This document shows, one piece after another, positions 1 through 8,693 of a stretch of DNA of 40,000 bases (position 1 is its first letter; every line of letters begins with the position of its first letter). The translations under genes were made by a program, and so were the position numbers. This stretch comes from Vibrio phage BX-1, in the sequence record OK428602.1. One strand, written 5' to 3'. The notes below the pieces were generated by a model. It had not been told where the DNA came from. It saw only the letters and a program-made list of their open reading frames with translations, and ran no database searches.

Positions 1-624
1 ATGGATATGTGTAAAGAACTGCTAGAACATCTGCTAGCTGAAAAACCTTCGATCGAAGAACATGACAAAGTAGTATTTGCGACCAACAAAGGTTGGTGTA
101 CAGAAGCATGTGACGGTGACAAAGAACCAGAATGTGTTTATGAAGCTTACCGTTTGCTGGAACTACTGGAGACTCATGGCTATGACAAGTATGGAAAACC
201 ACTTAACGAAAGCAAGCCTACGGGCAACACCGATGGCGACGATTCCAAAGACGGTTCTGATATCGACACCAAGCCAGAAAATGATGGACCCGTTCATGTT
301 CCTGACGAAGATGGAAAATCAGATCTCGTGGCAACCGATTCTGATACCACGTCTGAAACCGGTGAAACAGATCATGTTGATGAACCAGATAAAGCAGGCA
401 CTGAAGAAACCGACAAACTTGGTCCTGAATCTGGTGGAACAGATGAACAACAGAAGCCAACAGGCTTTGATGTCACCGATCCTAAGACATACACACAGGC
501 CGAACTTGAACAACTACCAATTGCAGACCTTAAAAAGTTGGGAGAATCAATTGGAGTTAAAGGTTCAACCAAGCCTGTTATCGCAAAACGTATTATGGAA
601 AAAACCGAAGGTATGCGTAAGTAA
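1..624 (+). CDS. Acidic, low-complexity protein with possible C-terminal SAP/HeH-like domain; may be truncated at the window edge
   Basis: ORF of 207 aa with a Asp/Glu/Thr/Gly-rich central region (about aa 75-150) and C-terminal YTQAELEQLPIADLKKLGESIGVKGSTKPVIAKRIMEK resembling a short helix-extended-helix fold. Starts at base 1, so the true start is uncertain. Confidence 0.75.
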   Translation: MDMCKELLEHLLAEKPSIEEHDKVVFATNKGWCTEACDGDKEPECVYEAYRLLELLETHGYDKYGKPLNESKPTGNTDGDDSKDGSDIDTKPENDGPVHVPDEDGKSDLVATDSDTTSETGETDHVDEPDKAGTEETDKLGPESGGTDEQQKPTGFDVTDPKTYTQAELEQLPIADLKKLGESIGVKGSTKPVIAKRIMEKTEGMRK

Positions 625-648
625 TCCATAACGTCATAAACGCAATTA

Positions 649-686
649 AATAAGTCTGTAACCGAATAATTACAGGCTTATTTTTT
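649..686 (+). terminator. Intrinsic terminator
   Basis: AATAAGTCTGTAA / TTACAGGCTTATT stem (one G-U) followed by a T run. Confidence 0.85.
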
Positions 687-1097
687 ATGTATGTTATAGA
701 AGATTACCGTGAGTATGCCAAACAGTTTTATCTGATAGACAAGACAACTGATAAATCATTTGAAACCGACCTGCAAATCATGTCCCGGATTAACACGAGT
801 TTGAAAAGAATCAAAGCTGGACACAGTGGAGTGCGACTACTCATGAACCAGGTCATTACCTGGTTTAATCTGTTTGAAAGAGAAGCTGCGATCCGTTTAC
901 TTATTTCCAAGATCGATGAGGACAATAAGCCTGCATTGATTACCGTATTGGCATTGATGGATTATATTCCTATCAACTTCGCCAAAGAGCTTTGTAAGAG
1001 CCCTATTGATTCTCGTATCGCAGGTATGGTATATGTGGAACTGAGAGGAACCCATGGCCAAATTGATATTTGTACCGAACAAAAATATTGTGCATAG
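687..1097 (+). CDS. Hypothetical protein
   Basis: 136 aa ORF directly after the terminator, overlaps the next CDS. Confidence 0.75.
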   Translation: MYVIEDYREYAKQFYLIDKTTDKSFETDLQIMSRINTSLKRIKAGHSGVRLLMNQVITWFNLFEREAAIRLLISKIDEDNKPALITVLALMDYIPINFAKELCKSPIDSRIAGMVYVELRGTHGQIDICTEQKYCA

Positions 1098-1521
1098 CAC
1101 CTGTGATGCGATCGTGAATACTGTCAATTGTTCTGGCGTATCAGGCAAGGGTGTTGCACTCGAATTCAAGAAATACTTTCCAGACAATTACAAGTATTAC
1201 CAGGAATTGTGCAGCAAAGATTTAATTAAACCTGGTGATGTCAAACAATTCCGCGCCAAGAAAGGCATCCGTTCCAAAGTGATTCTAAATGCTGCGACCA
1301 AGGACCAATGGCATTATGATTCGGAATATAAATGGATTGATTCAGTTATCAATCGTATCCGTGTGTACCTGTCAATAAACGATATTCGTCATATTGCGAT
1401 CCCACCCCTGGGTTGTGGTTGCGGTAACCTGGTATGGCCTATCGTCCTGGATAAAATGGAGATTGCTTTCCGGGACTTAACTCAAACCATCTACATTTAC
1501 GGGAGTAATCCTCATGCATAA
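1054..1521 (+). CDS. Macrodomain protein (ADP-ribose binding / ADP-ribosyl hydrolase type, DarG-like)
   Basis: Macrodomain signatures: DAIVNTVNCSGVSGKGVALEFKKYFPDNYKYY, NAATKDQWHYDSEYKWI, and IAIPPLGCGCGNLVW. Confidence 0.93.
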   Translation: MAKLIFVPNKNIVHSTCDAIVNTVNCSGVSGKGVALEFKKYFPDNYKYYQELCSKDLIKPGDVKQFRAKKGIRSKVILNAATKDQWHYDSEYKWIDSVINRIRVYLSINDIRHIAIPPLGCGCGNLVWPIVLDKMEIAFRDLTQTIYIYGSNPHA

Positions 1522-1666
1522 ATTAGCTAACTTCAAAGACCTACTCAAAGAAGAATCTGGTGCACCAGGTGTCCAAACTCCGGCGGTTGCGACTACCCCT
1601 GTCGCTAAGAAGAAAAAGAAAGTTCCAAGCCACGATGGTGGCCAGGGTGGAACATCTCCAAAGTGA
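1514..1666 (+). CDS. Small Lys-rich hypothetical protein (50 aa)
   Basis: Below the ORF-track cutoff: MHKLANFKDLLKEESGAPGVQTPAVATTPVAKKKKKVPSHDGGQGGTSPK. Its ATG overlaps the end of the macrodomain CDS. Confidence 0.55.
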   Translation: MHKLANFKDLLKEESGAPGVQTPAVATTPVAKKKKKVPSHDGGQGGTSPK

Positions 1667-1684
1667 TTCTCAAATCTGGATTCT

Positions 1685-1751
1685 GGTTGATAATGGTGTT
1701 GGCCAATAAGTATAGAATAAAGAGCCAACATTAAATCAACCATAACAGAAT
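1685..1751 (+). promoter_or_regulatory. Two-part stem-loop in the 5' UTR of the 1765 gene
   Basis: GGTTGAT...TGTTGGC / GCCAACA...ATCAACC pair in nested order; no T tract follows. Confidence 0.5.
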
Positions 1752-1764
1752 AGGAGGACATATC

Positions 1765-2334
1765 ATGTCCAAACCAATAATCACTACTACTGTTAAAGTA
1801 GACAACGAAATACCAATCAAACAGCTCATCGACAATGTGGTTATCCGTAACCACTACACAACCAAGATACAAAACCTTTCCCGTCAAGAACCAATGTTTA
1901 TGTATGATATGCATCTGATGCGTTTCTGTTTAGGACGTGCAATCGGACACAGCGCACTCATGCGTAAGTTCTTCTTGAATGGACTCCAGGTCCAAATGGA
2001 TAATGAACAGATTACGAATGGCCAATGGAATAACTGCTTGTCAGTGTTATCCACCCTGGCACACCGTAAGAACTTTATTCGTGAATGTCAGATCAACCGC
2101 AAAGACGAACACAATAGTCGTGTATTGACAGCCAGCGAGTTGGAACGTGATATCTGTCGTATGCCAATGAAAATTGATACAGGTGCAATTGAATTCATCC
2201 TCATCGATGATATGCAGACATCAATGCGCAATACAGCGGATCGCAATTCGCCGGTGCGAACATTTGCCAGAATTAATCCAGACCATTTATATGGTAACTT
2301 CCCAAATCTGAAAGGTATTATCGTCTTCCAGTAA
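1765..2334 (+). CDS. Hypothetical protein
   Basis: 189 aa ORF with upstream AGGAGG Shine-Dalgarno (ataggaggacatatcATG). Confidence 0.85.
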   Translation: MSKPIITTTVKVDNEIPIKQLIDNVVIRNHYTTKIQNLSRQEPMFMYDMHLMRFCLGRAIGHSALMRKFFLNGLQVQMDNEQITNGQWNNCLSVLSTLAHRKNFIRECQINRKDEHNSRVLTASELERDICRMPMKIDTGAIEFILIDDMQTSMRNTADRNSPVRTFARINPDHLYGNFPNLKGIIVFQ

Positions 2335-2349
2335 AACTTCAAAAGTTTC

Positions 2350-2379
2350 AAGGCTGAGTATAATGTACTCAGCCTTTTT
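2350..2379 (+). terminator. Intrinsic terminator
   Basis: AAGGCTGAGTA-TAATG-TACTCAGCCTT followed by TTT. Confidence 0.88.
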
Positions 2380-2397
2380 AGTTTCAAGGAAAACAAA

Positions 2398-4320
2398 ATG
2401 AGTAAAACATCTGCAGGTCGTGATATCAATTCTTTATACAAAGAGCTGTCACACCATGAACACATTCTACTTCGCCCGGACCGTCATGTCGGCAGTACTA
2501 AAACTGTGACAAAAAATACCTGGATCTATGACGCAAAGAATAACACTGTTGCTGAAGATAAGTTGTCCTGGTGTCCAGCGTTGGCGAAAATGTTTGATGA
2601 AATTATCACAAACAGTGTGGACTTCTCCAAGACTCCGGAAGGCTCACACCTGGATACAATCGAGGTCACGTTAAATCGCATGAACGGTTCAATTAGTATT
2701 ACCGATAACGGTGGTATTCCAGTTGCGATGCACGAATCTGGTAAATGGGTTCCGGATATGTTATTTGGTTCATTATTTGCTGGCTCCAACTTTAACGACG
2801 GGGATGACGAATATGATAATAAGTATTCTGCTGGTCAAAACGGTGAAGGTGCATCCCTGGTAAACCTGTTCAGTAAGTCGTTCACTGTCAAGACGTCTGA
2901 TGGTAAAAAGGCATATACGGGTGTTTGGAAAAACAACATGTCTGAACACAAAGAACCAAACATTCGCAACACTACCAATAAACGCGGATTCACATGTGTT
3001 CAATGGGTGCCAGATTATCAACGTTTGGGCCTGAAAAAGTTAGACATTGATAACTACCTGATGTTTGTCCGTCGCACGTTTGAAATCGCAGCGTGTAACC
3101 CTCACTTAACTGTCAAACTGAACAGTGTTGAGATCCAAATCAATAGCTTCCGTGACTTCGTACGTAAGTTTGATACTGTAGTTCCAGCATTCAGTCAGGG
3201 TAAAGATTGGCAGATTGGTTTGTTGGCAAGCAAAAATGGTTTTCAGCATGAAAGTTATGTCAACAGTATCTGTACACATTCTGGTGGTCCACACCTGGAT
3301 TATGTTGCGGATAAGATCGTTGCCAAAATTCGTCCAAAACTTCAGAAAGCTCTGAAGGTTAAAAACCTGGCACCAGCAACAATCAAGAACGCGATGCACC
3401 TGTTTGTTAATGCAACAATTGATAATCCACGATTCAACTCTCAGACCAAAGAAACGATGACCACACAGGTCAAAGACTTTGGGACCAAGATGGATGAGTT
3501 GGACGATGCATTCATTAAGAAAGCATACCAACTAACCCTAGAAGTTCTGGACGCCGAGATTGCCAAGAAGAAAGCTGAAGAAGAAGCGGCAGAAATCGAT
3601 GCTAACCAGAACGAAGCCAGTAAGATGGATCCGCGCAAGATTGAAAAGTACGTTAATGCGACCGGACGTGACCGCAGTAAGTGTATTTTGTTCCTGGCGG
3701 AAGGTGATTCAGCAGCCAAGCCAATCAAGAACGCCCGCATCGGTGCAATCCATGGTCTAATGCCGATGCGTGGTAAGTTCCCGAATGCGATGCGCGTATC
3801 ACGTCAGAAACTGACATCGAATACAGAGTTCCAGGCAATCCAGGCAATCTTGGGTGGATTCAAAATTGGTAAGCCTATGGATATGGAGAAGCTTCGATAT
3901 GCTGAGACCTGGATGGCAACGGATGCTGACTATGATGGCTCACATATCCGCGGTTTGATTATTTCTTTGTTCTATACCTGTTGGCCTGAGTACATCAAAC
4001 AAGGTCGTCTGAAGTCATTCAATACTCCTATCTATCGTGTATGGAAAGGTAAACAGATGTTTGAGTTCTTCTCTGTTAAAGAATACAAAGCCTGGGCCAA
4101 AGAGAATCCAAACCACAAGAAGAAGTATCTGAAAGGTCTTGGTGGTAACAGTACAGCCGATATCCGTCGCATGATGTTGGATCCTGATAAATACACTGTA
4201 ACCATTTCAATGGATGAAGCGGCAGACCATTACCTGAAGATCGCATTCGATAAGGATATGGCTGATGTACGTAAGGAATTTTTTGAAGACGTAACCTTAT
4301 ATGGTGGTACAGATGATTGA
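2398..4320 (+). CDS. 39: Type II DNA topoisomerase large subunit (GyrB / T4 gp39 type, ATPase + Toprim in one polypeptide)
   Basis: GHKL ATPase motifs ISITDNGGIPV and YSAGQNGEGASLVNLFS; Toprim LAEGDSAAKPI and MATDADYDGSHIRGL; KKYLKGLGG. Confidence 0.95.
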   Translation: MSKTSAGRDINSLYKELSHHEHILLRPDRHVGSTKTVTKNTWIYDAKNNTVAEDKLSWCPALAKMFDEIITNSVDFSKTPEGSHLDTIEVTLNRMNGSISITDNGGIPVAMHESGKWVPDMLFGSLFAGSNFNDGDDEYDNKYSAGQNGEGASLVNLFSKSFTVKTSDGKKAYTGVWKNNMSEHKEPNIRNTTNKRGFTCVQWVPDYQRLGLKKLDIDNYLMFVRRTFEIAACNPHLTVKLNSVEIQINSFRDFVRKFDTVVPAFSQGKDWQIGLLASKNGFQHESYVNSICTHSGGPHLDYVADKIVAKIRPKLQKALKVKNLAPATIKNAMHLFVNATIDNPRFNSQTKETMTTQVKDFGTKMDELDDAFIKKAYQLTLEVLDAEIAKKKAEEEAAEIDANQNEASKMDPRKIEKYVNATGRDRSKCILFLAEGDSAAKPIKNARIGAIHGLMPMRGKFPNAMRVSRQKLTSNTEFQAIQAILGGFKIGKPMDMEKLRYAETWMATDADYDGSHIRGLIISLFYTCWPEYIKQGRLKSFNTPIYRVWKGKQMFEFFSVKEYKAWAKENPNHKKKYLKGLGGNSTADIRRMMLDPDKYTVTISMDEAADHYLKIAFDKDMADVRKEFFEDVTLYGGTDD

Positions 4321-4747
4321 AAAGATCATATTCCTTTTGTTTGGTAAAATGATTGAAGTGGTTGTGGACATTGCTGTCCATAACCGTCAAAGTCCTGAAG
4401 TTGCGCGTATGAGCGCGTATAAGCTTTTACTGAAAGAGCAAGCAGATAACGCTATTGCTCGATTAGAACGCGATACAGGAGCACACAAGAGCGACAAGCG
4501 ATATGTTTGCTTCCAGCTTCCAGGGCATTTAACAGAGAGTCAAGAAAAAGTCTTAATGGATTTTGTACGACACTATGTGGCTGGCAATTACAATCCATTT
4601 GCTTTTGAAGACTTGGTATTCCAATGGCAAGGATACGATGTTCAGGTGAAACCTAAACCTATCCGTTATGCCAAATTCCTAAAACCTAAAACTTGGAGCT
4701 CGGTAAACTATGACTACCAACGCACAAAAAGACTTCCAGATTGTTGA
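4313..4747 (+). CDS. Hypothetical protein
   Basis: ORF overlapping the topoisomerase stop; first in-frame ATG of the track ORF is 4301, 4313 is the closer overlapping start. Confidence 0.75.
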   Translation: MIEKIIFLLFGKMIEVVVDIAVHNRQSPEVARMSAYKLLLKEQADNAIARLERDTGAHKSDKRYVCFQLPGHLTESQEKVLMDFVRHYVAGNYNPFAFEDLVFQWQGYDVQVKPKPIRYAKFLKPKTWSSVNYDYQRTKRLPDC

Positions 4748-5090
4748 TCTCACACCTTACGGTGATATCACAGCTAACCTGGCAAACCAACAAATGCATA
4801 TCACGAACAATCTGAATGAAGATGGCCTACCGTTTGGTGGTTCAGCATCAGCAATCGGTTTGCATGTGGATTTCCAGAAAGGTCCACTTGGTGAAAACGG
4901 TCACAATGGTTGTTTTGTTGAAGACTTGCTGATTGCGGCAATTGAACGTCTTGAGTTCTACCAGGCTTCAAAGTTCAACTGTGCTGCGAACGCTAAAGCT
5001 ATCCACCATCTTCGCATTGGTTTGAAAGAACTTGAAATGCGTACTGCGGAACGCAAAGAACGTGGTGTTGAAGGTACTCACGAAGTCTAA
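4710..5090 (+). CDS. Candidate Acb2/Tad1-hairpin-like protein (possible cyclic-nucleotide sponge)
   Basis: 126 aa. C-terminal part DFQKGPLGENGHNGCFVEDLLIAAIERLEFYQASKFNCAANAKAIHHLRIGLKELEMRTAERKERGVEGTHEV matches my recollection of the phage family 'FQ.GP..E.GvNG...E.LL...IDRL..FQ...F.C..NA.AL......L..RT..R..RGVEGTH'. Confidence 0.6.
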   Translation: MTTNAQKDFQIVDLTPYGDITANLANQQMHITNNLNEDGLPFGGSASAIGLHVDFQKGPLGENGHNGCFVEDLLIAAIERLEFYQASKFNCAANAKAIHHLRIGLKELEMRTAERKERGVEGTHEV

Positions 5091-5094
5091 ATCC

Positions 5095-5177
5095 AAAAAC
5101 GCGATCCCGATCACATTATTTGTGGTCGGGATTTTTTATTATGTCCCTAACGAAACAACATCCGATAGGAATATGTT
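5095..5177 (+). promoter_or_regulatory. Terminator-leader module (copy A)
   Basis: ATCCCGATCACA-TTATT-TGTGGTCGGGAT + T6 (5104-5137), then CCTAACGAAACAACATCCGATAGGA before the ATG at 5178. Confidence 0.75.
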
Positions 5178-5687
5178 ATGGAACCCAAAGTTATTTTTCG
5201 TGTTGAATCCAGGCTCAATGGCCTTGGTCCATATCAACACCAAAAAGTTAAAGTCATTGGTCGCGATGCCAATAACAACCCAAAAGAGATTGTGTCTTCA
5301 AGTACGCTTGCGACCTATCTATGGGGAGATATGCGTTACAATGAACGTCATCCGAACCCCGATGAAGAAAACTTCAAAAATTGTGACTATGACATCATGT
5401 ATTTCGGATTCAATAGTCTTGATCAGATTTATGCATGGTTCTCCCATGAAGATTTGAAAAGGGTTGATGACTTCCAATGTGGTATTCAAGACTATGCTAT
5501 TGCTGTTTATGTTTCTGAATATTATGACATTGGCGAAAAACAATGCATTTTCGATAAAGAAGAAGCTGTATTAGTAACCTGGTTGGAATGTGATGTATTA
5601 GCCCAAGAATCTTTGGTGCGTAATGTACTCAATGAAGATTGGATTGAACGCCAAATCTCTAACTATAAGGAAAAATATCATGAATAA
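5178..5687 (+). CDS. Hypothetical protein
   Basis: 169 aa ORF preceded by the leader module and AGGA. Confidence 0.85.
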   Translation: MEPKVIFRVESRLNGLGPYQHQKVKVIGRDANNNPKEIVSSSTLATYLWGDMRYNERHPNPDEENFKNCDYDIMYFGFNSLDQIYAWFSHEDLKRVDDFQCGIQDYAIAVYVSEYYDIGEKQCIFDKEEAVLVTWLECDVLAQESLVRNVLNEDWIERQISNYKEKYHE

Positions 5688-6156
5688 TATCTACTCAGTG
5701 CAACATCTTGCACTTATTGAAGAAGTTGCCAAGAATTACAAATACGTTTATGTGACCTTTGCAACAGGTTTCAATCACATACCTTTCAAAAATGTGGCAC
5801 AACCACCTAAAGGTATCTACTCTCAGGATCTCAACTCGGGACATTCGCTTCAGGCAATCACTTTGAACTTTGGTACTATTGACTGCACTTATGGTCCAAT
5901 TGATGCTGCAACCGGTGATATCCTATACTCTTGCGTATTCAATGGACAGCGCGTCCCTGGCAATATTACCAATGGTGGCATCATGTCTATTTCAGGAAGT
6001 CATGACCAAAAAGATTGGGTACATTTTGACATCTCAACGGGTGTTAATGAAATGCTCCAAGCAATCCTTTTTGACGCCGTTCAAGAAGAAACCAAACAAC
6101 CTAAACGCCAAGCATGGAAACCAACAGTAATTAAGGGTGGCAAAGATGAAAATTAA
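5680..6156 (+). CDS. Hypothetical protein (faint SspB-like pattern)
   Basis: ATG at 5680 is in frame with the track ORF 5623..6156 and overlaps the previous stop. Confidence 0.8.
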   Translation: MNNIYSVQHLALIEEVAKNYKYVYVTFATGFNHIPFKNVAQPPKGIYSQDLNSGHSLQAITLNFGTIDCTYGPIDAATGDILYSCVFNGQRVPGNITNGGIMSISGSHDQKDWVHFDISTGVNEMLQAILFDAVQEETKQPKRQAWKPTVIKGGKDEN

Positions 6157-6541
6157 GATTAATTTAGTAGGTCTAGTGACTGTATCAACGGATACCAGCT
6201 GTATTTACATCGGTTCATTGTCTGAAACAGGTGATGATTATGTCCGCAAGTTCCTTCCTAGCAAAGAAGGTATCGAAAAGTTTGGTCTAATCTCCAAAGA
6301 ATTTGAAGTTGAAAATGGCTTTGAAGAATTCATGAATTGGGTTCTTGGATTTGAACCAAGCTTCAAGGTTTCAACATACCCTTGCAATGAAGAATGCTGT
6401 TGGACTACACGCGTCCAGGTGAACATTCCATCTTTGGATATCAAAGCAACCCGTACCAAGCATTGGGGTGATGTTGAACCGACCTGGCCAGATATCCAAA
6501 AATTTGCCGATGAAATCCAAAAGGAGATCCGTAATGTTTAA
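6137..6541 (+). CDS. Hypothetical protein
   Basis: 134 aa ORF in the operon. Confidence 0.8.
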   Translation: MAKMKIKINLVGLVTVSTDTSCIYIGSLSETGDDYVRKFLPSKEGIEKFGLISKEFEVENGFEEFMNWVLGFEPSFKVSTYPCNEECCWTTRVQVNIPSLDIKATRTKHWGDVEPTWPDIQKFADEIQKEIRNV

Positions 6542-6887
6542 CTTCATCATTGAAAACCACTTAACAATCGCACATGTGTTGATCCTTGCAATGTGTACGA
6601 TTTACTTTGCCGCAGGTCGTGTGACAAATATCATCGGACTGATTACATTGTTTACGATCACCTGTATGGGTTTCTATTCAACAATAGGTGTTTTGGCATC
6701 GTTGGATATAGTAGATATCGCAAGTTTCCCGGATGGATTACCGATTGACTTCAGTTTATTGTTGCTTGCAATGCTCATGTTTGATTTGAAGATTGACCGG
6801 GCAAGTGGCGCCAATATCATCATGTATAAGTTCTTCATCTTTGTTGTTATGTTCTTGATGTTTAGTTTGGGGGTTTCTCATGGCTAA
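6534..6887 (+). CDS. Predicted multi-pass membrane protein
   Basis: ATG 6534 in frame with ORF 6468..6887; several hydrophobic segments (VLILAMCTIYFAAG, IIGLITLFTITCMGFY, FSLLLLAMLMF, FFIFVVMFLMF). Confidence 0.8.
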   Translation: MFNFIIENHLTIAHVLILAMCTIYFAAGRVTNIIGLITLFTITCMGFYSTIGVLASLDIVDIASFPDGLPIDFSLLLLAMLMFDLKIDRASGANIIMYKFFIFVVMFLMFSLGVSHG

Positions 6888-7296
6888 GAAAATGCATATA
6901 TTCGGAAATACTTTATTTGTGGAATGTTCGGAAAGTGAATTCAGAAAGATGCCGCAAGAAGTGCAAGATATTTTGGAATCTACCAAAGATATTCAATTTA
7001 TCATTCCTGAACATCGTGTAAAAGACCCGATTTTCGCAGCATCAATTGTTAACTGGCTATGTGCGATCGGATATTCACCAGACCGTATTGGAACACACTA
7101 TGTACGGGTTGCCATCAATATTCATAACGACACTGAATATGTGGTTAAAGATATTGGTGTACAATATGAAGTCTTCTTCAACGGTGAGTCAATTGGGGTA
7201 TGTCCAAAACTGGAAGTTAACGCAAGAAAAATAATCCTGGACCATATCAACCCAAGCATCACCTGGGATTATTGTTCCGACTACGAAGAAGAATAA
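6880..7296 (+). CDS. Hypothetical protein
   Basis: 138 aa ORF, overlapping start. Confidence 0.8.
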   Translation: MAKKMHIFGNTLFVECSESEFRKMPQEVQDILESTKDIQFIIPEHRVKDPIFAASIVNWLCAIGYSPDRIGTHYVRVAINIHNDTEYVVKDIGVQYEVFFNGESIGVCPKLEVNARKIILDHINPSITWDYCSDYEEE

Positions 7297-7305
7297 TCCA
7301 ATAAC

Positions 7306-7394
7306 CAAAAACGCGATCCCGATCACATTATTTGTGGTCGGGATTCTTTATTATTACCCCATCGAAACAAACAACATCCATTAAGGAATATGTC
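7306..7394 (+). promoter_or_regulatory. Terminator-leader module (copy B)
   Basis: GATCCCGATCACATTATTTGTGGTCGGGATTCTTTATTATTACCCCATCGAAACAAACAACATCCATTAAGGA upstream of the ATG at 7395. Confidence 0.8.
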
Positions 7395-8396
7395 ATGCTT
7401 ACTGTTAATCAAGTCCAAGATGTTCTTCAAAAGTACATTGATATTGCAAACCGCATCGTACCTTCAAAAACTTTTGGTATGCCGGAAATCAATATCAAAG
7501 AAATGGGTAAAGTTGCTGGTAACGCTAACGGCTTTACTACCGAAAACGGCATCATCAACCTTTGCAGAACCCTTCTTGCAGATAATGAAGAAGAATTCAT
7601 CAAAGATACCATTCCTCATGAATTTGCTCATATTGTTGTTCATAAGGTTTACGGTCGCAGAGCAAAACCCCATGGAAAAGAATGGAAGAATGTGATGCGT
7701 CACTTTGGTTGCGAACCTAAGACATATCACAATATGGATGTTGATAAAGCTTTGTTAATGAATGGTCAAAAGACTCGTGCACAAACAAGACCTTTTGTTT
7801 ACATTTGTCCAACATGTGACAAAGAGTATAACATGACACCACAAATGCATAAGAAAATCCGTTTGGGTTCTTTACGTTGGTGTAAGTGTTCTTCAAAAGG
7901 TTTCATCAAAGAGAAAGCTTTGAAATTCTCTCACAATACTCTTAATGGCAAACCAGCAGTCACACCTAAACCAACTCCTAAAGTTATTGAAGTTGAGGAA
8001 ATCACTAATCCAAAACCTATTGAAGTTGTTGAACCACAACCAACCAAAATTAAGGTGACAATGCCATCAATTGTTAAAGGTGAGATGCCTGCACTGAATG
8101 GTCTTGTGGAATATTTGGAAATCCATGGTGCTGAATTAAAAGTACCTGCGAAGAAGAAACCTTATGTAACTTGTAAGGCTAATGTTGGACGTGTTCAGGT
8201 CTCATATAACAGCCGTAGCGAACTTTTCTCTGTTCTGGTGTATATGTCAAAGGATATGACAGCTGAACATGTATGTGCACTCCTGGGACGCAATATGGAT
8301 GATGTTAAGCATAACACTAAACACCATTACATCAACGTATCAAATGTTTCAATGAAAGATTTGATGAATCTATTCCCAAAAGTAGGAACTAACTAA
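7395..8396 (+). CDS. SprT-like zinc metallopeptidase with C-terminal extension
   Basis: HEFAHIVVHKVYG...HGKEWKNVMRHFG (HExxH) and zinc-ribbon-like CPTCDKEY...RWCKCSSKG, then a Pro/Lys-rich linker and a second domain. Confidence 0.85.
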   Translation: MLTVNQVQDVLQKYIDIANRIVPSKTFGMPEINIKEMGKVAGNANGFTTENGIINLCRTLLADNEEEFIKDTIPHEFAHIVVHKVYGRRAKPHGKEWKNVMRHFGCEPKTYHNMDVDKALLMNGQKTRAQTRPFVYICPTCDKEYNMTPQMHKKIRLGSLRWCKCSSKGFIKEKALKFSHNTLNGKPAVTPKPTPKVIEVEEITNPKPIEVVEPQPTKIKVTMPSIVKGEMPALNGLVEYLEIHGAELKVPAKKKPYVTCKANVGRVQVSYNSRSELFSVLVYMSKDMTAEHVCALLGRNMDDVKHNTKHHYINVSNVSMKDLMNLFPKVGTN

Positions 8397-8657
8397 ATGG
8401 CTAAGAAACCAAAACCTGGAGTATTGCCGTTACCTCGCGTAACGGTTGATCTCAGTGAACATCCAATGTACTCGACATGTGACTTTTATGCGGAACGCGC
8501 GCGAAAGTGGACAGCTGAGATTCTTGTGCTCAACCTTAATACTGGCACCATCCGTTGTCGTCTGTATGATAAACCTGATGATGAGATTCCAGTTTATGGC
8601 AATATGGACCTGGATGCCAGTTACATCATGGACCAAGAGATTGCAGTCAAACTTTAA
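8397..8657 (+). CDS. Hypothetical protein
   Basis: 86 aa ORF starting directly after the upstream stop. Confidence 0.8.
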   Translation: MAKKPKPGVLPLPRVTVDLSEHPMYSTCDFYAERARKWTAEILVLNLNTGTIRCRLYDKPDDEIPVYGNMDLDASYIMDQEIAVKL

Positions 8658-8666
8658 TACAATTAC

Positions 8667-8693
8667 AAGCCTATCTTAAATGATAGGCTTTTT
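8667..8693 (+). terminator. Intrinsic terminator
   Basis: AAGCCTATC-TTAAAT-GATAGGCTT followed by TTT. Confidence 0.88.

Noticed and set aside
218-629. Minus-strand ORFs (218..460, 319..513, 372..629) and many similar antisense ORFs across the window
   Set aside because: They lie opposite a well-supported + strand gene, have no RBS or recognisable domain, and are the expected by-product of the coding-strand composition.
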